A program made the position numbers and the translations under genes. From Eledone cirrhosa (Eukaryota), in contig OZ024766.1 of the NCBI GenBank assembly GCA_964016885.1, forward strand, positions 2,170,001-2,234,000: a DNA stretch of 64,000 nucleotides. Direction: 5' to 3'. Below, one piece after another: positions 25,564 through 40,700 of the stretch (its first letter is position 1; each line of letters starts with the position of its first letter). A model generated the notes under the pieces. It was not told the DNA's origin. It saw only the letters and a program-made list of their open reading frames with translations, and did no database searches.

Positions 25564-26141
25564 AGTTATTCCGGGTTGAATCGGAGGTAACCACAGTAAG
25601 TAAGGTACTCAATACATTGCAGAGTATAAATGTTTTACTATAGAAGAGCTTCTACAGGACTAGAACTGTTTCATTTGTGAGGTGTGTGTGAAGGCACATG
25701 GCTTAGTGGTTAGAGCATTGGGCTTGCAATCGAAAGGTTGTGAGTTCAATTCTCAGACCGGGTGATGTGTTGTTTCCTTGAGCAAGACACTTTATTTCAC
25801 ATTGCTCCAGTTTACTCAGCTGTAGAAATGAGATGATAGGGACTGGGGTCCCTATCATTCTACTGCAAAGTGGTCGTGGAGGTGCCACGGCAAGAAAGCG
25901 CCCAGCACTCACTGTAAATGAGGTTGGTGTTAGGAAGGGCATCCAGCTGTAGAGATCAAGCCAGAATCAGTTCCCGTCCCACCCTTGCAAGCAGGGAAAA
26001 GTGGATGTAAAATGATGATGATACACATGTATACATACACACACATATAGATATACACACATACATACATACACATATACATACATACACACACATATAT
26101 ATATATATATATATGTGTGTGTATATGTGTATATATATATG

Positions 26142-26172
<31 letters not shown>

Positions 26173-26194
26173 ATATATACACATATACATACAT

Positions 26195-26237
<43 letters not shown>

Positions 26238-26703
26238 TACATATATATCTATATACATACATATATACACATATATACATACATATACATACATCATCAT
26301 CATCATCATTTCATTTTACGTCCACTTTTCCCTGCTTGCAAGGGTGGGACGGGAACTGATCCTGGCTTGATTTCTACAGCTGGATGCCCTTCCTAACACC
26401 AACCTCATTACAGTGAGTGCTGGGTGCTTTTTTTCCGTGGCACCTCCACAACCACTTTGCAGTGGAATGATAGGGACCCCAGTCCCTATCATCTCATTTC
26501 TACAGCTGAGTAAACTGGAGCAATGTGAAATAAAGTGTCTTGCTCAAGGAAACAACACATCACCCAGTCTGAGAATTGAACTCACAACCTTTCGATTGCA
26601 AGGCCAATGCTCTAACCACTAAGCCATGTGCCTCCATACACACATATATATATATATATATACACATATACATATACACATTCATACATTTATATATACA
26701 CAT

Positions 26704-26742
<39 letters not shown>

Positions 26743-29700
26743 CATACATATATATACATACATACATACATACATACATATAAAGACATATCCAGCCAGT
26801 CTCTAATCTTATCTATTCACCTGTAATCAACAATTGTCTTTCTCTCTACAGGTGTACTACAATAAAGCGAAGGTAAACCAGGTGGATGTCCCTTCACTGA
26901 GTGGTTCGTTTGGTATCCTACCTGACCATGTGCCCACCCTGGGGGTCCTAAAACCAGGTGTAGTGACGGTCTTTGAGGATGATGGCAGCAAGAAGTTTTT
27001 TGGTGGGTGAAAAATAAAAAATATCTTGTTGCTTGGGGGAGGGAGGGGTCTTTTACCACCACCATCATCACCACTACCACTACACTATCACCACCACTAC
27101 ACGGCCACTACACCACCACTTCCACTACATTACCACTACACCATTACAACACCACCACCATTATACCACCATCACCACCGCTGCCACTACACCTCCACCT
27201 ACACCACTACACCACTGCCACCACTGTACCATTACACCACTACCACTACACCACCACCAGCACTACACCTCCACCACCACTGTACCATTACACCACCACC
27301 ACTGTACCATTACACCACCACCACTATACCACCACCACCAGCACTACACCACCGCCACCACCACCAGCACTACACCACTACCACCAGCACTACACCACCA
27401 CACCACCAGCACTACACCACCACCACCACCAGCACTACACCACCACACCACCAGCACTACACCACCACCACCACCAGCACTACACCACCACACCACCACC
27501 ACCACCACTACCATTATATCTGTTCTATATTACAGTAAGCAGTGGCTCCATTACCATCAACGATGACTCTTCAGTCCAGATTTTAGCAGAAGAAGCCCAC
27601 CCTGTTGAGGCCCTAGATGCTACTGTGAGTATTTCACTATCTCTTCTATATACAGGAGCTGGTGCAGTAATGCGCCAGCTTCAGCACTTGTTAACCACAA
27701 GAAGGGAGGTAGGTGTAAAAGCCAAGCTCGCTATCTTCTATTCGGTCTTCATGCCAACTCTGACCTATGGTTGTGAATCTTGTGTAATGCCCAAAAGAAT
27801 ACAATGATCGTGAATAAAAGTGGCTGAAATAGGATTCCTCTGAAGGGTCTTTGGAGCAATATTACTTGATAGTGTGTGTATCTCGGAGATCTGAGAGTCA
27901 CTCCAGGTAGAGCCACTACTTCTCTGAATTGAGAGATCACAGCTCTGATACTACAGATATGTGGTTAGAATGTCTCAGGAAAGAATCTCTGAATTGAGAG
28001 ATCACAGCTCTGATACTACAGACATGTGGTTAGAATGTCTCAGGAAAGAATCTCTGGGTTGAGAGATCACAGCTCTGATACTACAGACATGTGGTTAGAA
28101 TGTCTGAGGAAAGACTCTGAATTGAGAGATCACAGCTCTGATACTACAGACATGTGGTTAGAATGTCTCAGGAAAGAATCTCTGCATTGAGAGATCACAG
28201 CTCTGATACTACAGATATGTGGTTAGAATGTCTGAGGAAAGACTCTCTGAATTGAGAGATCACAGCTCTGATACTACAGACATGTGGTTAGAATGTCTCA
28301 GGAAAGAATCTCTGAATTGAGAGATCACAGCTCTGATACTACAGATATGTGGTTAGAATGTCTCAGGAAAGAATCTCTGGGTTGAGAGATCACAGCTCTG
28401 ATACTACAGACATGTGGTTAGAATGTCTCAGGAAAGACTCACTAAATTGAGAGATCACAGCTCTGATACTACAGACATGTGGTTAGAATGTCTGAGGAAA
28501 GAATCTCTGGGTTGAGAGATCACAGCTCTGATACTACAGACATGTGGTTAGAATGTCTCAGGAAAGAATCTCTGAATTGAGAGATCACAGCTCTGATACT
28601 ACAGATATGTGGTTAGAATGTCTCAGGAAAGAATCTCTGGGTTGAGAGATCACAGCTCTGATACTACAGACATGTGGTTAGAATGTCTCAGGAAAGACTC
28701 ACTAAATTGAGAGATCACAGCTCTGATACTACAGACATGTGGTTAGAATGTCTGAGGAAAGAATCTCTGAATTGAGAGATCACAGCTCTGATACTACAGA
28801 CATGTGGTTAGAATGTCTGAGGAAAGAATCTCTGGGTTGAGAGATCACAGCTCTGATACTACAGACATGTGGTTAGAATGTCTGAGGAAAGAATCTCTGA
28901 ATTGAGAGATCACAGCTCTGATACTACAGACATGTGGTTAGAATGTCTCAGGAAAGAATCTCTGAATTGAGAGATCACAGCTCTGATACTACAAACATGT
29001 GGTTAGAATGTCTCAGGAAAGAATCTCTGAATTGAGAGATCACAGCTCTGATACTACAGACATGTGGTTAGAATGTCTGAGGAAAGAATCTCTGGATTGA
29101 GAGATCACAGCTCTGATACTACAGACATGTGGTTAGAATGTCTCAGGAAAGAATCTCTGGATTGAGAGATCACAGCTCCGATACTCCAATACTTCGCTGG
29201 TCTTGGATAGAGATCCAGCTGGATCAGTTGGAGACGGTTGCTTCTGACAGGACCCCTTGGAGGGAGTGTTTGAGGACTCTGCCCCCCCCCCCCCCCCCCA
29301 ACGGCCCTCTCATGAATAATTGTGCAATGAAGAAGAACCCTTTAGCTACATACCTGGCCAAAACTGGCTCTATGATATAAAAGTACCTATTTTAAACAGT
29401 TCTAGACTGGAACTAGCTGTTGAAAGTGCAAGAGCTCAGCCGTCGGGTGTTGACTCTGTAACATAACTACACTTTACGGCTCGAAGTATGGAGGACTCTT
29501 GTGAGGTCTGTAATATAACTTTAAACTGGGTCTCGCCTCATATGTATATGTATGATTGGTTGGTGTACCTATATATATATATACACATGCATACACAATA
29601 CATATATACATACACACACACAATACCTATGTATACATATGCACACCTATATACACACATACCTATATATATACACACACATACCTATATATATATACAC

Positions 29701-30508
29701 ACACATACCTATATATATATATATATACACGTACCTATATATATATATATATATATATACACCTACCTATATACATACACAAGAGATATATATATACACA
29801 CACATACCTATATATACCCTGTTCCAGTAGGTATACTATACACTATATACACTCTGTTCCAGTAGGTATACTATACATTATATACACCCTGTTCCAGTAG
29901 GTGTACTATACACTATATACACCCTGTTCCAGTAGGTATACTATACACTATATACACCCTGTTCCAGTAGGTATACTATACATTATATACACCCTGTTCC
30001 AGTAGGTATACTATACACTATATACACCCTGTTCCAGTAGGTATACTATACACTATATACACCCTGTTCCAGTAGGTATACTATACACTATATACACCCT
30101 GTTCCAGTAGGTATACTATACATTATATACACCCTGTTCCAGTAGGTATACTATACACTATATACACCCTGTTCCAGTAGGTATACTATACACTATATAC
30201 ACCCTGTTCCAGTAGGTATACTATACACTATATACACCCTGTTCCAGTAGGTATACTATACACTATATACACCCTGTTCCAGTAGGTATACTATACACTA
30301 TATACACCCTGTTCCAGTAGGTATACTATACACTATATACACCCTGTTCCAGTAGGTATACTAAGCCTGTGATCTTTATTTGCAGGCAATCCGAGATGGA
30401 CTTAACAAGGCTCAACAGGACCTCGGTTCAGCAACAACAGAAGCAGCGAAGGCCGAAGCACAGATTGCTCTAGAATGTTACGAAGCCCTACAGAAAGCCC
30501 TAGAATAA
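24580..30508 (+). CDS. ATP5F1D: ATP synthase F1 subunit delta, mitochondrial, 165 aa, 4 exons
   Basis: Exons 24580-24714 (Arg/Ser/Leu-rich presequence, [12 protein letters not shown]), 26852-27002 ([33 protein letters not shown]), 27536-27624 ([21 protein letters not shown]), 30386-30508 ([18 protein letters not shown]). GT-AG, phases 0/1/0, 498 nt. Confidence 0.96.
25690..26021 (+). mobile_element. SINE family A copy
   Basis: Full-length match to family A. Confidence 0.8.
26292..26635 (-). mobile_element. SINE family A copy
   Basis: Full-length match, inverted relative to 25690-26021. Confidence 0.8.
27660..29285 (+). mobile_element. LINE fragment containing a 65-bp tandem array (about 19 copies, 27921-29185)
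   Basis: [22 protein letters not shown] upstream; unit tctctgaattgagagatcacagctctgatactacagacatgtggttagaatgtctcaggaaagaa. Confidence 0.8.
29815..30362. repeat. 35-bp minisatellite, about 15 copies, abutting the last ATP5F1D acceptor
   Basis: Unit ccctgttccagtaggtatactatacactatataca. Confidence 0.9.
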
Positions 30509-32019
30509 ACTATAGTCCAAGGTGGACGGTGGCGTAGGGGTCACGCCTCCCACCCACCCCTGTTTTTTTTAAAGAATTTTTTTTTTTTTTTTTTCTTGTT
30601 GGTTTTTTTTTAAAATTTTATTTTCTTTAATTGTTTAGGTTTGGAAAAAAAAAGAGGGTCGGGTTGTTTTTTTTTGTCGGGGAGGGGACATGAATCAGGG
30701 GCAGATAACTGTGTTATGGGTACCGAAGACAGGAAGAGCCTCCATAGATGATTTTGTAGTTTGTTGGCTTTAAACAGAATAAAAAACATCTCTTTTACTA
30801 AACAATTGTTGTTTGTTTGTGTGTGTATGTATATATACGTATGTGTGTGTATATATATGTATGTGTGTATATGTGTGTGTGTGTATATATATGTATGTAT
30901 ATGGAAGCTGTGGAGTGGGGAAACCCATGAAGACCTGGGATGAGGTGATAAAAGCCAACCTTACCCAATTACACCTCTCAAAGGCGATGACACAGGACCG
31001 TGACCTCTGGCGTCACGCAGTAATACAGAAGACCCCCCCCCCCCACGGGGACAAGCCGAAGCTGAAGCGTATAGTCAATATGCTCCCACTGCAAAGTGAA
31101 CGTGTAGGTGTCATGACAAAAAAGCACCCAGCCCACACTGTAAAGTGGTTGTGGAGGTGCCACGGCAAAAAAGCACCCAGCACTCACTGTAAATGAGGCT
31201 GGTGTTAGGAAGGGCATCCAGCTGTAGAAATCAAGCCAGAATCAGTTCCCGTCCCACCCCTGCAAACAGGGAAAAGCGGATGTAAAAATGAAATGATGAT
31301 GATGATGACTGTTGCGCCAATAATAAGTTATTTAAAAACCAACCAAAGGGTATTTTATTAGAAATATGGTAATAGAAATGGCTAAAGTGTTTATATTTAT
31401 CTAAAAACCCTTTTTTATGTTATGTTCCGAACAATTGAAGAAGCTTTGTGACCCGGAATAAAATACCAAAAGGTAATTTATGCGGCAGACACCGCCTTTT
31501 AAAAGCTGACGTAGCGTTGCTTCGACGAGATCTCGTCGCTGCTACTTTGACATTTACATGATCTCTTACTATTACTCCCACTAATTTATAGTATATCTTA
31601 GACTCAGCATCAGAGAGAGAGAGGGGAGACTACTTCCAATGCAGCCTATACTCCCACTATTACCCAGAGTTCTCTAATCAACGAAGAAAGAGAGAGAGGG
31701 ATAGCTACCACCACAACACAGTTTACTCTCACTGTCACTCATAGTTCAAAAGAAAGAGGAAGAAAGCCAGCTACCCTAACTATAACATGTACTACTACTA
31801 CTACTCCTACAATCAGCAAGAGAGAGGGGGGGGGAATGAATAACTACCACTTACTGTCACCTAGCAACAGACAGGGAGAGAAGCTACTACGGCGAGATTG
31901 TTAACTCCCACTTCTCCTCATACTGTCAGCAATAGTGATATAAAGAGAAAGAGTAAAGGGTGATTGCTACCATCACCATACTGTTTACTGCCACTGTCAC
32001 TCACATCTACCGTAAACGA

Positions 32020-32712
32020 GAGAGGTAGCTACTACCATAACACTTTCACCTCTCACCACTCCTCCTACGGTAAATAATAGCTAGCTACCACCACAACATT
32101 ATCATCTGCCACCACTCCTCCTATAGTAAATCCTAGCTCCTCCTACGGTAGGCCATAGCCAGCTACCACCTCAACATTATCACCTGCCACCACTCCTCCT
32201 ACGGTAAATACTAGCCAGCTACCACCTCAACACTATCAGCTCCCACCACTCCTCCTACGGTAAATCCTAGCCGGCTACCACGTCAACACTATCACCTGCC
32301 ACCACTCCTCCTGCGGTAGATCATAGCCGGCTACCACCTCAACACTACCACCTGCCACCACTCCTCCTACGGTAGATCATAGCTGGCTACCACCTCAACA
32401 CTATCAGCTCCCACCACTCCTCCTACGGTAAATCCAAGCCGGCTACCACGTCAACACTACCACCTGCCACCACTCCTCCTACGGTAGATCATAGCCGGCT
32501 ACCACCTCAACACTACCACCTGCCACCACTCCTCCTATGCTAAATCCTAGCCGGCTACCACGTCAACACTACCACCTGCCACCACTCCTCCTACGGTAGA
32601 TCATAGCCGGCTACCACCTCAACACTACCACCTGCCACCACTCCTCCTACGCTAAATCCTAGCCGGCTACCACCTCAATGCTATCAGCTCCCACCACTCC
32701 CCCCCTTCGGTA
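32020..32712. repeat. 56-bp minisatellite, about 11 copies, just upstream of the SEC11 ATG
   Basis: Unit ccaccactcctcctacggtagatcatagccggctaccacctcaacactaccacctg. Confidence 0.85.
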
Positions 32713-32742
32713 GGGAGTAGTTATTGTTGTTGTTACAGTAAG

Positions 32743-33131
32743 ATGTCTCTTTTAGACATGGATTTCCTCGACGATGTACGACGGATGAACAAGCGGCAGG
32801 TAAATATACACACATACGTGTATATATACACACCTATTTATACACACACACGCGTATATACATATATATACACATATGTACATGCATATAGAAGTTAAGG
32901 GCCGAAATACACGCTTAAGCGGGGTTTTTCATCTCTGAAGCCCCTCTGCTGTCCTGTGTTGACTACCACCATATATATATGTGTATATATGTATATATAT
33001 GTGTGTATATATGTATATATATATATGTATATATATATGTGTGTTTATATACACATGAGTGTATATAAACACGCACATATATATATATATATACACATAT
33101 ATATATATACACACGTGTATATATACGTGTC

Positions 33132-33166
<35 letters not shown>

Positions 33167-33235
33167 TATGTCTACACAAACGCATTTGCGTAAAATACAC
33201 CGGCCTGCATGTATATACACACACATACTTATATA

Positions 33236-33269
<34 letters not shown>

Positions 33270-33430
33270 AAAATATGTATATATAAGACTTATATGTATA
33301 TGTACACACACATATATATTTATATATATACACACAAACATATGTATATATATACACGCAAACATGTATCTACACACACTCACATATATATATATATATA
33401 TACACAAACATATGTATATATATATGTATG

Positions 33431-33462
<32 letters not shown>

Positions 33463-33890
33463 AACATGTATATATATATGTATGCATATATATATGTGTA
33501 TATACACAACATATGTATATGTACACACACATATATATATTTATATACATACACACAAACATGTATATATATATATATACAAACATATGTATATATATAT
33601 ACAAACATGTATATATATACACAGACATATATATATACACGCAAACATGTATCTACACACATATATATATATATACACACAAACATATGTATGTACATAT
33701 ATATATATATATTATTATTAATAAAGCTTTCCAGATGATTTCTGTAGAATGAAACAGTTCTAGTCCCGTAGAAGACATTTCTATATTAAACTTGATGTTT
33801 ACACTTTACTAATGTATTGAGTACCTTACTAACTGAAGTTACACCCGGTTGAACCCGGGTCTCACACACATGTATATATATGTGTGTATG

Positions 33891-33943
<53 letters not shown>

Positions 33944-34742
33944 GTGTGTGTGTGTGTGTATGTATATATATATATATATATATATAACGAAGGAGATGTG
34001 GTAAGGAACTAGGTGGACCATAACGCACCAAAGTACTCAATACTTAGGGCAGTAGAGTGGGTGATAGGAACATGTTAGACCCCGACGGCAGAGCTCAAGC
34101 CGTTTCGACTGCGTCCAGCTCAAGCCGTCGAAACGGCTCGAGCTCTGCCGTCGGGGTCTAACATTTTCCTATATATATATATACAAACACCTTGTCCGGC
34201 TTGCGCCCCGAAGGGGTCTTTCTAGGTGCAAATCCCACGGTCATTTGTGACCGAAGGAGATCTTTATCCCTTATATTATACATACGTGTATGTATATATG
34301 TGTGTGTGTGTATATATATGCATATATACACACGTACGTGTATATATATGCATACATCGTGGAGCCGGAACTTTCCATTTGATTTCGAAAACATATGTCC
34401 ATATGGGGCGTTATGTAAATATGTGTATGTGTGTATATATATATATATGTGTGTGTATATATATATGTGTGTGTGTGTATGTATGTATATATATGTGTAT
34501 GTATGTATGTGTGTATGTATGAATATGTGCGTGTATATATATATGTGTGTGTGTATATATATATATATATGTGTGTGTGTATGTATGTATATATATGTGT
34601 GTGTATGTATATATGTGTGTATGTATGTATGTATATATATGTGTGTGTATATATGTGTGTATATATATATGTGTGTGTGTGTATGTATGTATATATATGT
34701 GTGTGTATGTATGTATATATGTGTGTATGTATGAATATGTGC

Positions 34743-34779
<37 letters not shown>

Positions 34780-37700
34780 CATATACACACACATATATGT
34801 ACGTGTATGTATTTATCAGCCCTTATCACCAGAGATGTTCCACCTGTGACCATCCTGTCTTTATTTCAGACACAGTGTACCTAGGACTACATTATCTAAT
34901 GTGTCCTGTCTTATATACAGACACAGTGTACCTAGGACTACATTATCTAATGTGTCCTGTCTTATATACAGACAAAGTGTATCTAGGACTACATTATCTA
35001 ATGTGTCCTGTCTTATATACAGACACAGTGTATCTAGGACTACATTATCTAATGTGTCCTGTCTTATATACAGACACAGTGTACCTAGGACTACACTATC
35101 TAATGTGTCCTGTCTTATATACAGACAAAGTGTATCTAGGACTACATTATCTAATGTGTCCTGTCTTATATACAGACACAGTGTACCTAGGACTACATTA
35201 TCTAATGTGTCCTGTCTTATATACAGACACAGTGTACCTAGGACTACATTATCTAATGTGTCCTGTCTTATATACAGACACAGTCTACCTAGGACTACAT
35301 TATCTAATGTGTCCTGTCTTATATACAGACACAATGTATCTAGGACTACATTATCTAATGTGTCCTGTCTTATATATAGACACAGTGTATCTAGGACTAC
35401 ATTATCTAATGTGTCTTGTCTGTATATGACACAGTGTATCTAGGACTACATTATCTAATGTGTCCTGTCTTATATACAGACACAGTCTACCTAGGACTAC
35501 ACTATCTAATGTGTCCTGTCTTATATACAGACACAGTGTATCTAGGACTACATTATCTAATGTGTCCTTCCTTGTTGCTAAGCCCTAGGTCAGGCATGAT
35601 CCAGTAGTCCTGTGATATGATCAAAGATCTTCCAGCTGTGACCATCCTGTCTTTACTTCAGACATCTAGTACTCAGGGCCGTCTTAATGCATGGGGACGC
35701 TGGGCAGTTGCCCAGGGGGGCCCATGATAATCTATGTATGTAGCAACTTGCTGTCAATTGATAAATACTATACTATACAGTAAGATCTGCCCGGGGTCCT
35801 ATAATGCTAAGACGTACCAGCTAGTACCACATTGAACACTATAAGACCCGTGTCTTTCATTAGAAATATCTTAATGAAAGGGTTAAACCATAGGGGACAC
35901 TGTCTTTCATTAGAAATATCTTAATGAAAGGGTTAAACCATAGGGGACGGGGTCTTTCATTAGAAATATGTTAATGAAAGGGTTAACTTCTTCATATTTA
36001 TCTGAAAACCTTCCATCACAATTTTGTGTGGGGAACCATTGCTAAGTTGTTTCAGCTTAATAATTGCTTCTACTTTTGGCACAAGGCCACCAATTATCCC
36101 AGTGTATTACTGGTACTTTATTTTATCGACCCCGTAAGGATGAAAGGCAATGTTAACCTCGGCGGGTTTAGTAACTTAATGTAAGGTTCTTATATAAAGT
36201 TATGTTGCAAGATTTTTTATTTAAATTGGAAATCTTTAAAATGGGTGGTTTTCATCATCATTTCATCATTTCATTTTACGTCCGCTTTTCCCTGCTTGCA
36301 AGGGTGGGACGGGAACTGATGCTGGCTTGATCTCTACAGCTGGATGCCCTTCCTAACACCAACCTCATTTACCGTGAGTGCTGGGTGTTTTTTTGCCGTG
36401 GCACCTCCACGACCACTTTGCAGTGGAATGATATGGACCTCAGTCCCTATCATCTCATTTCTACAGCTGAGTAAACTGGAGCAATGTGAAATAAAGTGTC
36501 TTGCTCAAGGAAACAACACATCACCCGGTCTGAGAATTGAACTCACAACCTTTCGATTGCTAAGCCATGTGCCTCCATTTTATTTCACAATATTTCACAG
36601 AACTAGTTTTGGCCGGGTTGGTAACTAAAAGGTTAAACACTAGTATCAATCATTGACTATTCTAACATTGCCACATCATTTTTCTCTATATTCACAGCTT
36701 TACTATCAGGTGCTAAACTTTGCTATGATAGTATCATCGGCACTCATGATATGGAAAGGTTTGATGGTGGTGACCAGCAGCGAGAGCCCTATAGTTGTTG
36801 TACTTAGTGGCAGTATGGAGCCAGCCTTCTACAGAGGGGACCTTTTATTCCTCACCAATTACCAAGAGGAACCCATTAGAGTGGGAGACATTGTCGTGTT
36901 TAAAGTAGAGGGCAGAGACATACCTATCGTTCACAGAGTACTGAAAGTACATGAAAAGTAAGTATGTATATTACTCTATTACATGTTCCAGCAGAGGCTG
37001 AGGCCATGCTGGGGCACTGCCATATATATAAAAGGAATAAATAAATAACCAAGTTTTAATACATTATTTGATTGCATTACAAGCGTTTCTGTCAAATGCA
37101 GGACTTAGACTCAGAAGCTCCCACGTCTTGCGACGCATGAGGCAGTCATGGTGTTCCACTGCGTTCGGTGTTTCTATTTTTGGCACAAGGCCAGCCATTA
37201 TTCCAGTGAATTACTGGTACTATATTTTGTCAACCCCGTAAGGATGAAAGGCAAAGTTAACCTCGGCAGGATTTGAACTCAGACCGTAAAGGGACGTAAC
37301 TCTATGCTGCAAAGCATGACGTCCGACCCTCTACTGATACTGCCAATCCACCTCACATAGAATAATGTAGAAATGTATGCACCTTTGATGAGTTGTAGTG
37401 CACCTGAGCACTGTACACAATGATTTCATTATTATATGAAAAGGCAGATGATTCTGTGTGGTAGAACTCAGATTCAGACTCAGAAGCTCCCGCGTCTTGC
37501 GACGCATGAGGCAATCATAGTGTTCCACCGCGTTCGGTCAGCAGCCAGTTGCACAGCGTCCCGCCATTGTCTGTTTGTCGTTCGCAGGTCCCTCTCAACT
37601 GTCTGGCGCCAGTTCATTTTGGGTCGCCCTCTCCGTCTGCTTCCCTGCGGGTTCCATTTAAGTACTTGGTTCGCCAGTCTCTCCGGGGGAAGTCCCAAAG

Positions 37701-40700
37701 CGTGCCCAAACCAGCCCAGGCGTCGCTTGCAGATGGTAGAAGAGACTAGCTGCTGGTTGGTGCGGTTCCTGACTTCCTGGTTTGTTACATGGTCACTCCA
37801 TTTAATCCCCAGGATCTTTCGCAGACACCTGGAATCGAATGCGTCCAACTTCTTCTCTTGGCTGGTCTTAAGGTGCCAGGAGGAGGTAGCATTTTATTTC
37901 TCTGTGTAGACTTCATCGGATCTCTCGCATTATGTGGTATTACAGAACATCCAACTTCCTATAATCTCAGGCCGAAACTGAAGCATGTATACTGGATGCA
38001 TTACCTCATTCTACCCCCCATACATCTATCACTGTAAAGTGGTCATGTAGGTGTCACAACAAACACCCAGTCCACACTGTAAAGTGGTCATGTAGGTGTC
38101 ACAACAAACACCCAGTCCACACTGTAAAGTGGTCATGTAGGTATCACAACAAAAAACACCCAGTCCACACTGTAAAGTGGTCATGTAGGTGTCACAACAA
38201 ACAACACCCAGTCCACACTGTAAAGTGGTCATGTAGGTGTCACAACAAAAAGCTCCCAGTCTACACTGTAAAGTGGTCACGTAGGTGTCACAACAAACAG
38301 CACCCAGTCCACACTGTAAAGTGGTCATGTAGGTGTCACAACAAAAAACACCCAGTCCACACTGTAAAGTGGTCATGTAGGTGTCACAACAAACAACACC
38401 CAGTCTACACTGTAAAGTGGGCATGTAGGTGTCACAACAAAAAGCTCCCAGTCTACACTGTAAAGTGGTCACGTAGGTGTCACAACAAACAGCACCCAGT
38501 CCACACTGTAAAGTGGTCATGTAGGTGTCACAACAAAAAACACCCAGTCCACACTGTAAAGTGGTCATGTAGGTGTCACAACAAACAACACCCAGTCCAC
38601 ACTGTAAAGTGGTCATGTAGGTGTCACAACAAAAAGCTCCCAGTCTACACTGTAAAGTGGTCACGTAGGTGTCACAACAAACAGCACCCAGTCCACACTG
38701 TAAAGTGGTCATGTAGGTGTCACAACAAAAAACACCCAGTCCACACTGTAAAGTGGTCATGTAGGTGTCACAACAAACAACACCCAGTCTACACTGTAAA
38801 GTGGGCATGTAGGTGTCACAACAAAAAGCTCCCAGTCTACACTGTAAAGTGGTCACGTAGGTGTCACAACAAACAGCACCCAGTCCACACTGTAAAGTGG
38901 TCATGTAGGTGTCACAACAAACAACACCCAGTCCACACTGTAAAGTGGTCATGTAGGTGTCACAACAAACAACACCCAGTCCACACTGTAAAGTGGTCAT
39001 GTAGGTGTCACAACAAAAAGCTCCCAGTCTACACTGTAAAGTGGTCATGTAGGTGTCACAACAAAAAACACCCAGTCCACACTGTAAAGTGGTCATGTAG
39101 GTGTCACAACAAAAAACACCCAGTCCACACTGTAAAGTGGTCATGTAGGTGTCACAACAAACAACACCCAGCCCACACTGTAAAGTGGTCATGTAGGTGT
39201 CACAACAAACAACACCCAGTCCACACTGTAAAGTGGTCATGTAGGTGTCACAACAAACACCCAGCCCACACTGTAAAGTGGTCATGTAGGTGTCACAACA
39301 AAAAGCACCCAGTCCACACTGTAAAGTGGTCATGTAGGTGTCACAACAAAAAACACCCAGTCTACACTGTAAAGTGGTCACGTAGGTGTCACAACAAACA
39401 ACACCCAGCCCACACTGTAAAGTGGTCATGTAGGTGTCACAACAAAAAGCACCCAGTCCACACTGTAAAGTGGTCATGTAGGTGTCACAACAAAAAACAC
39501 CCAGTCTACACTGTAAAGTGGTCATGTAGGTGTCACAACAAACAACACCCAGCCCACACTGTAAAGTGGTCATGTAGGTGTCACAACAAACAACACCCAG
39601 CCCACACTGTAAAGTGGTCATGTAGGTGTCACAACAAAAAACACCCAGTCCACACTGTAAAGTGGTCATGTAGGTGTCACAACAAAAAGCACCCAGTCCA
39701 CTCTGTAAAGTGGTCATGTTGTTGACACAACAAGAAGCCCCCACTAGGGAGGTGGGTATGTCTTTGACACAAGTGAAGGGTCCTCCCAACCTATCATCAT
39801 CATAATTTGACGTTCGTTTTTCCGTTTAGCAAAAGTTTAAAATTAAAAACTAATCTATTTCTTCTGCAGATTTGACGGCAGTGTGAAATTCTTAACCAAG
39901 GGAGATAATAATTCTGTTGATGACAGAGGGTTATATGCCCCTGGACAGCTCTGGTTAAAGAAGAAAGATGTTGTAGGGCGAGCTAGAGGGTAAGTTTTAT
40001 GTCTGTGTATCACTGCGGATTTAGTATTCTCTACCCTCACTCAACACATCTCTACCATCACTCAGCATGTCTCTACCATCACTCAGCATGTCTCTACCAT
40101 CACTCAGCATGTCTCTACCATCACTTAACACGTCTCTACCCTCACTTAACATGTCTCTACCCTCACTCAGCACGTCTCTACCCTCACTCAACACGTCTCT
40201 ACCATCACTCAACACGTCTCTACCCTCACTCAACATTCTCTACCATCACTCAACACTCACCGTACCTCAATCTGTTTTCTATCTCCAGGTTTGTACCTTA
40301 TGTTGGCATAGTAACAATATTAATGAACGATTATCCTAAATTAAAGGTAAGTTTTACGATTTCTCTTAAGTTTGGGAAGTTTTGAGATCCCAGCATACCT
40401 GAAAACGCCCCAACCCCTGGTTCTATGATACTTTAAGTTATGTTCCAAACACCCCTGGTTCTGTGATACAAAACTGTTTTAAAGTGTTTATATTTATCTA
40501 AAAACCTTCCCCCATAATTTTATCTAAGAACCCTTGCAAGGGTGGGACGGGTCCTATTCAGCACAGCATCTCTCCACTTGTCACGGCCCTTCGTCATCTC
40601 CACCGTGCGCTTCAGCGATCTGAGGTCTGCTCTCACCACCTCTGCTCATGTTTTTCGTGGTTTACCTCTACCACGTCTTCCTTCAACTGGCATTTCCTGG

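Noticed and set aside
25690-25765. tRNA gene candidates at SINE heads
   Set aside because: tRNA-like A/B boxes run directly into multi-copy SINE bodies; no complete cloverleaf seen.
38029-39789. 586-aa Cys-rich repeat ORF ([16 protein letters not shown])n
   Set aside because: Reading frame of a near-identical 48-bp SINE-derived minisatellite inside a SEC11 intron, antisense; no codon-level signature.
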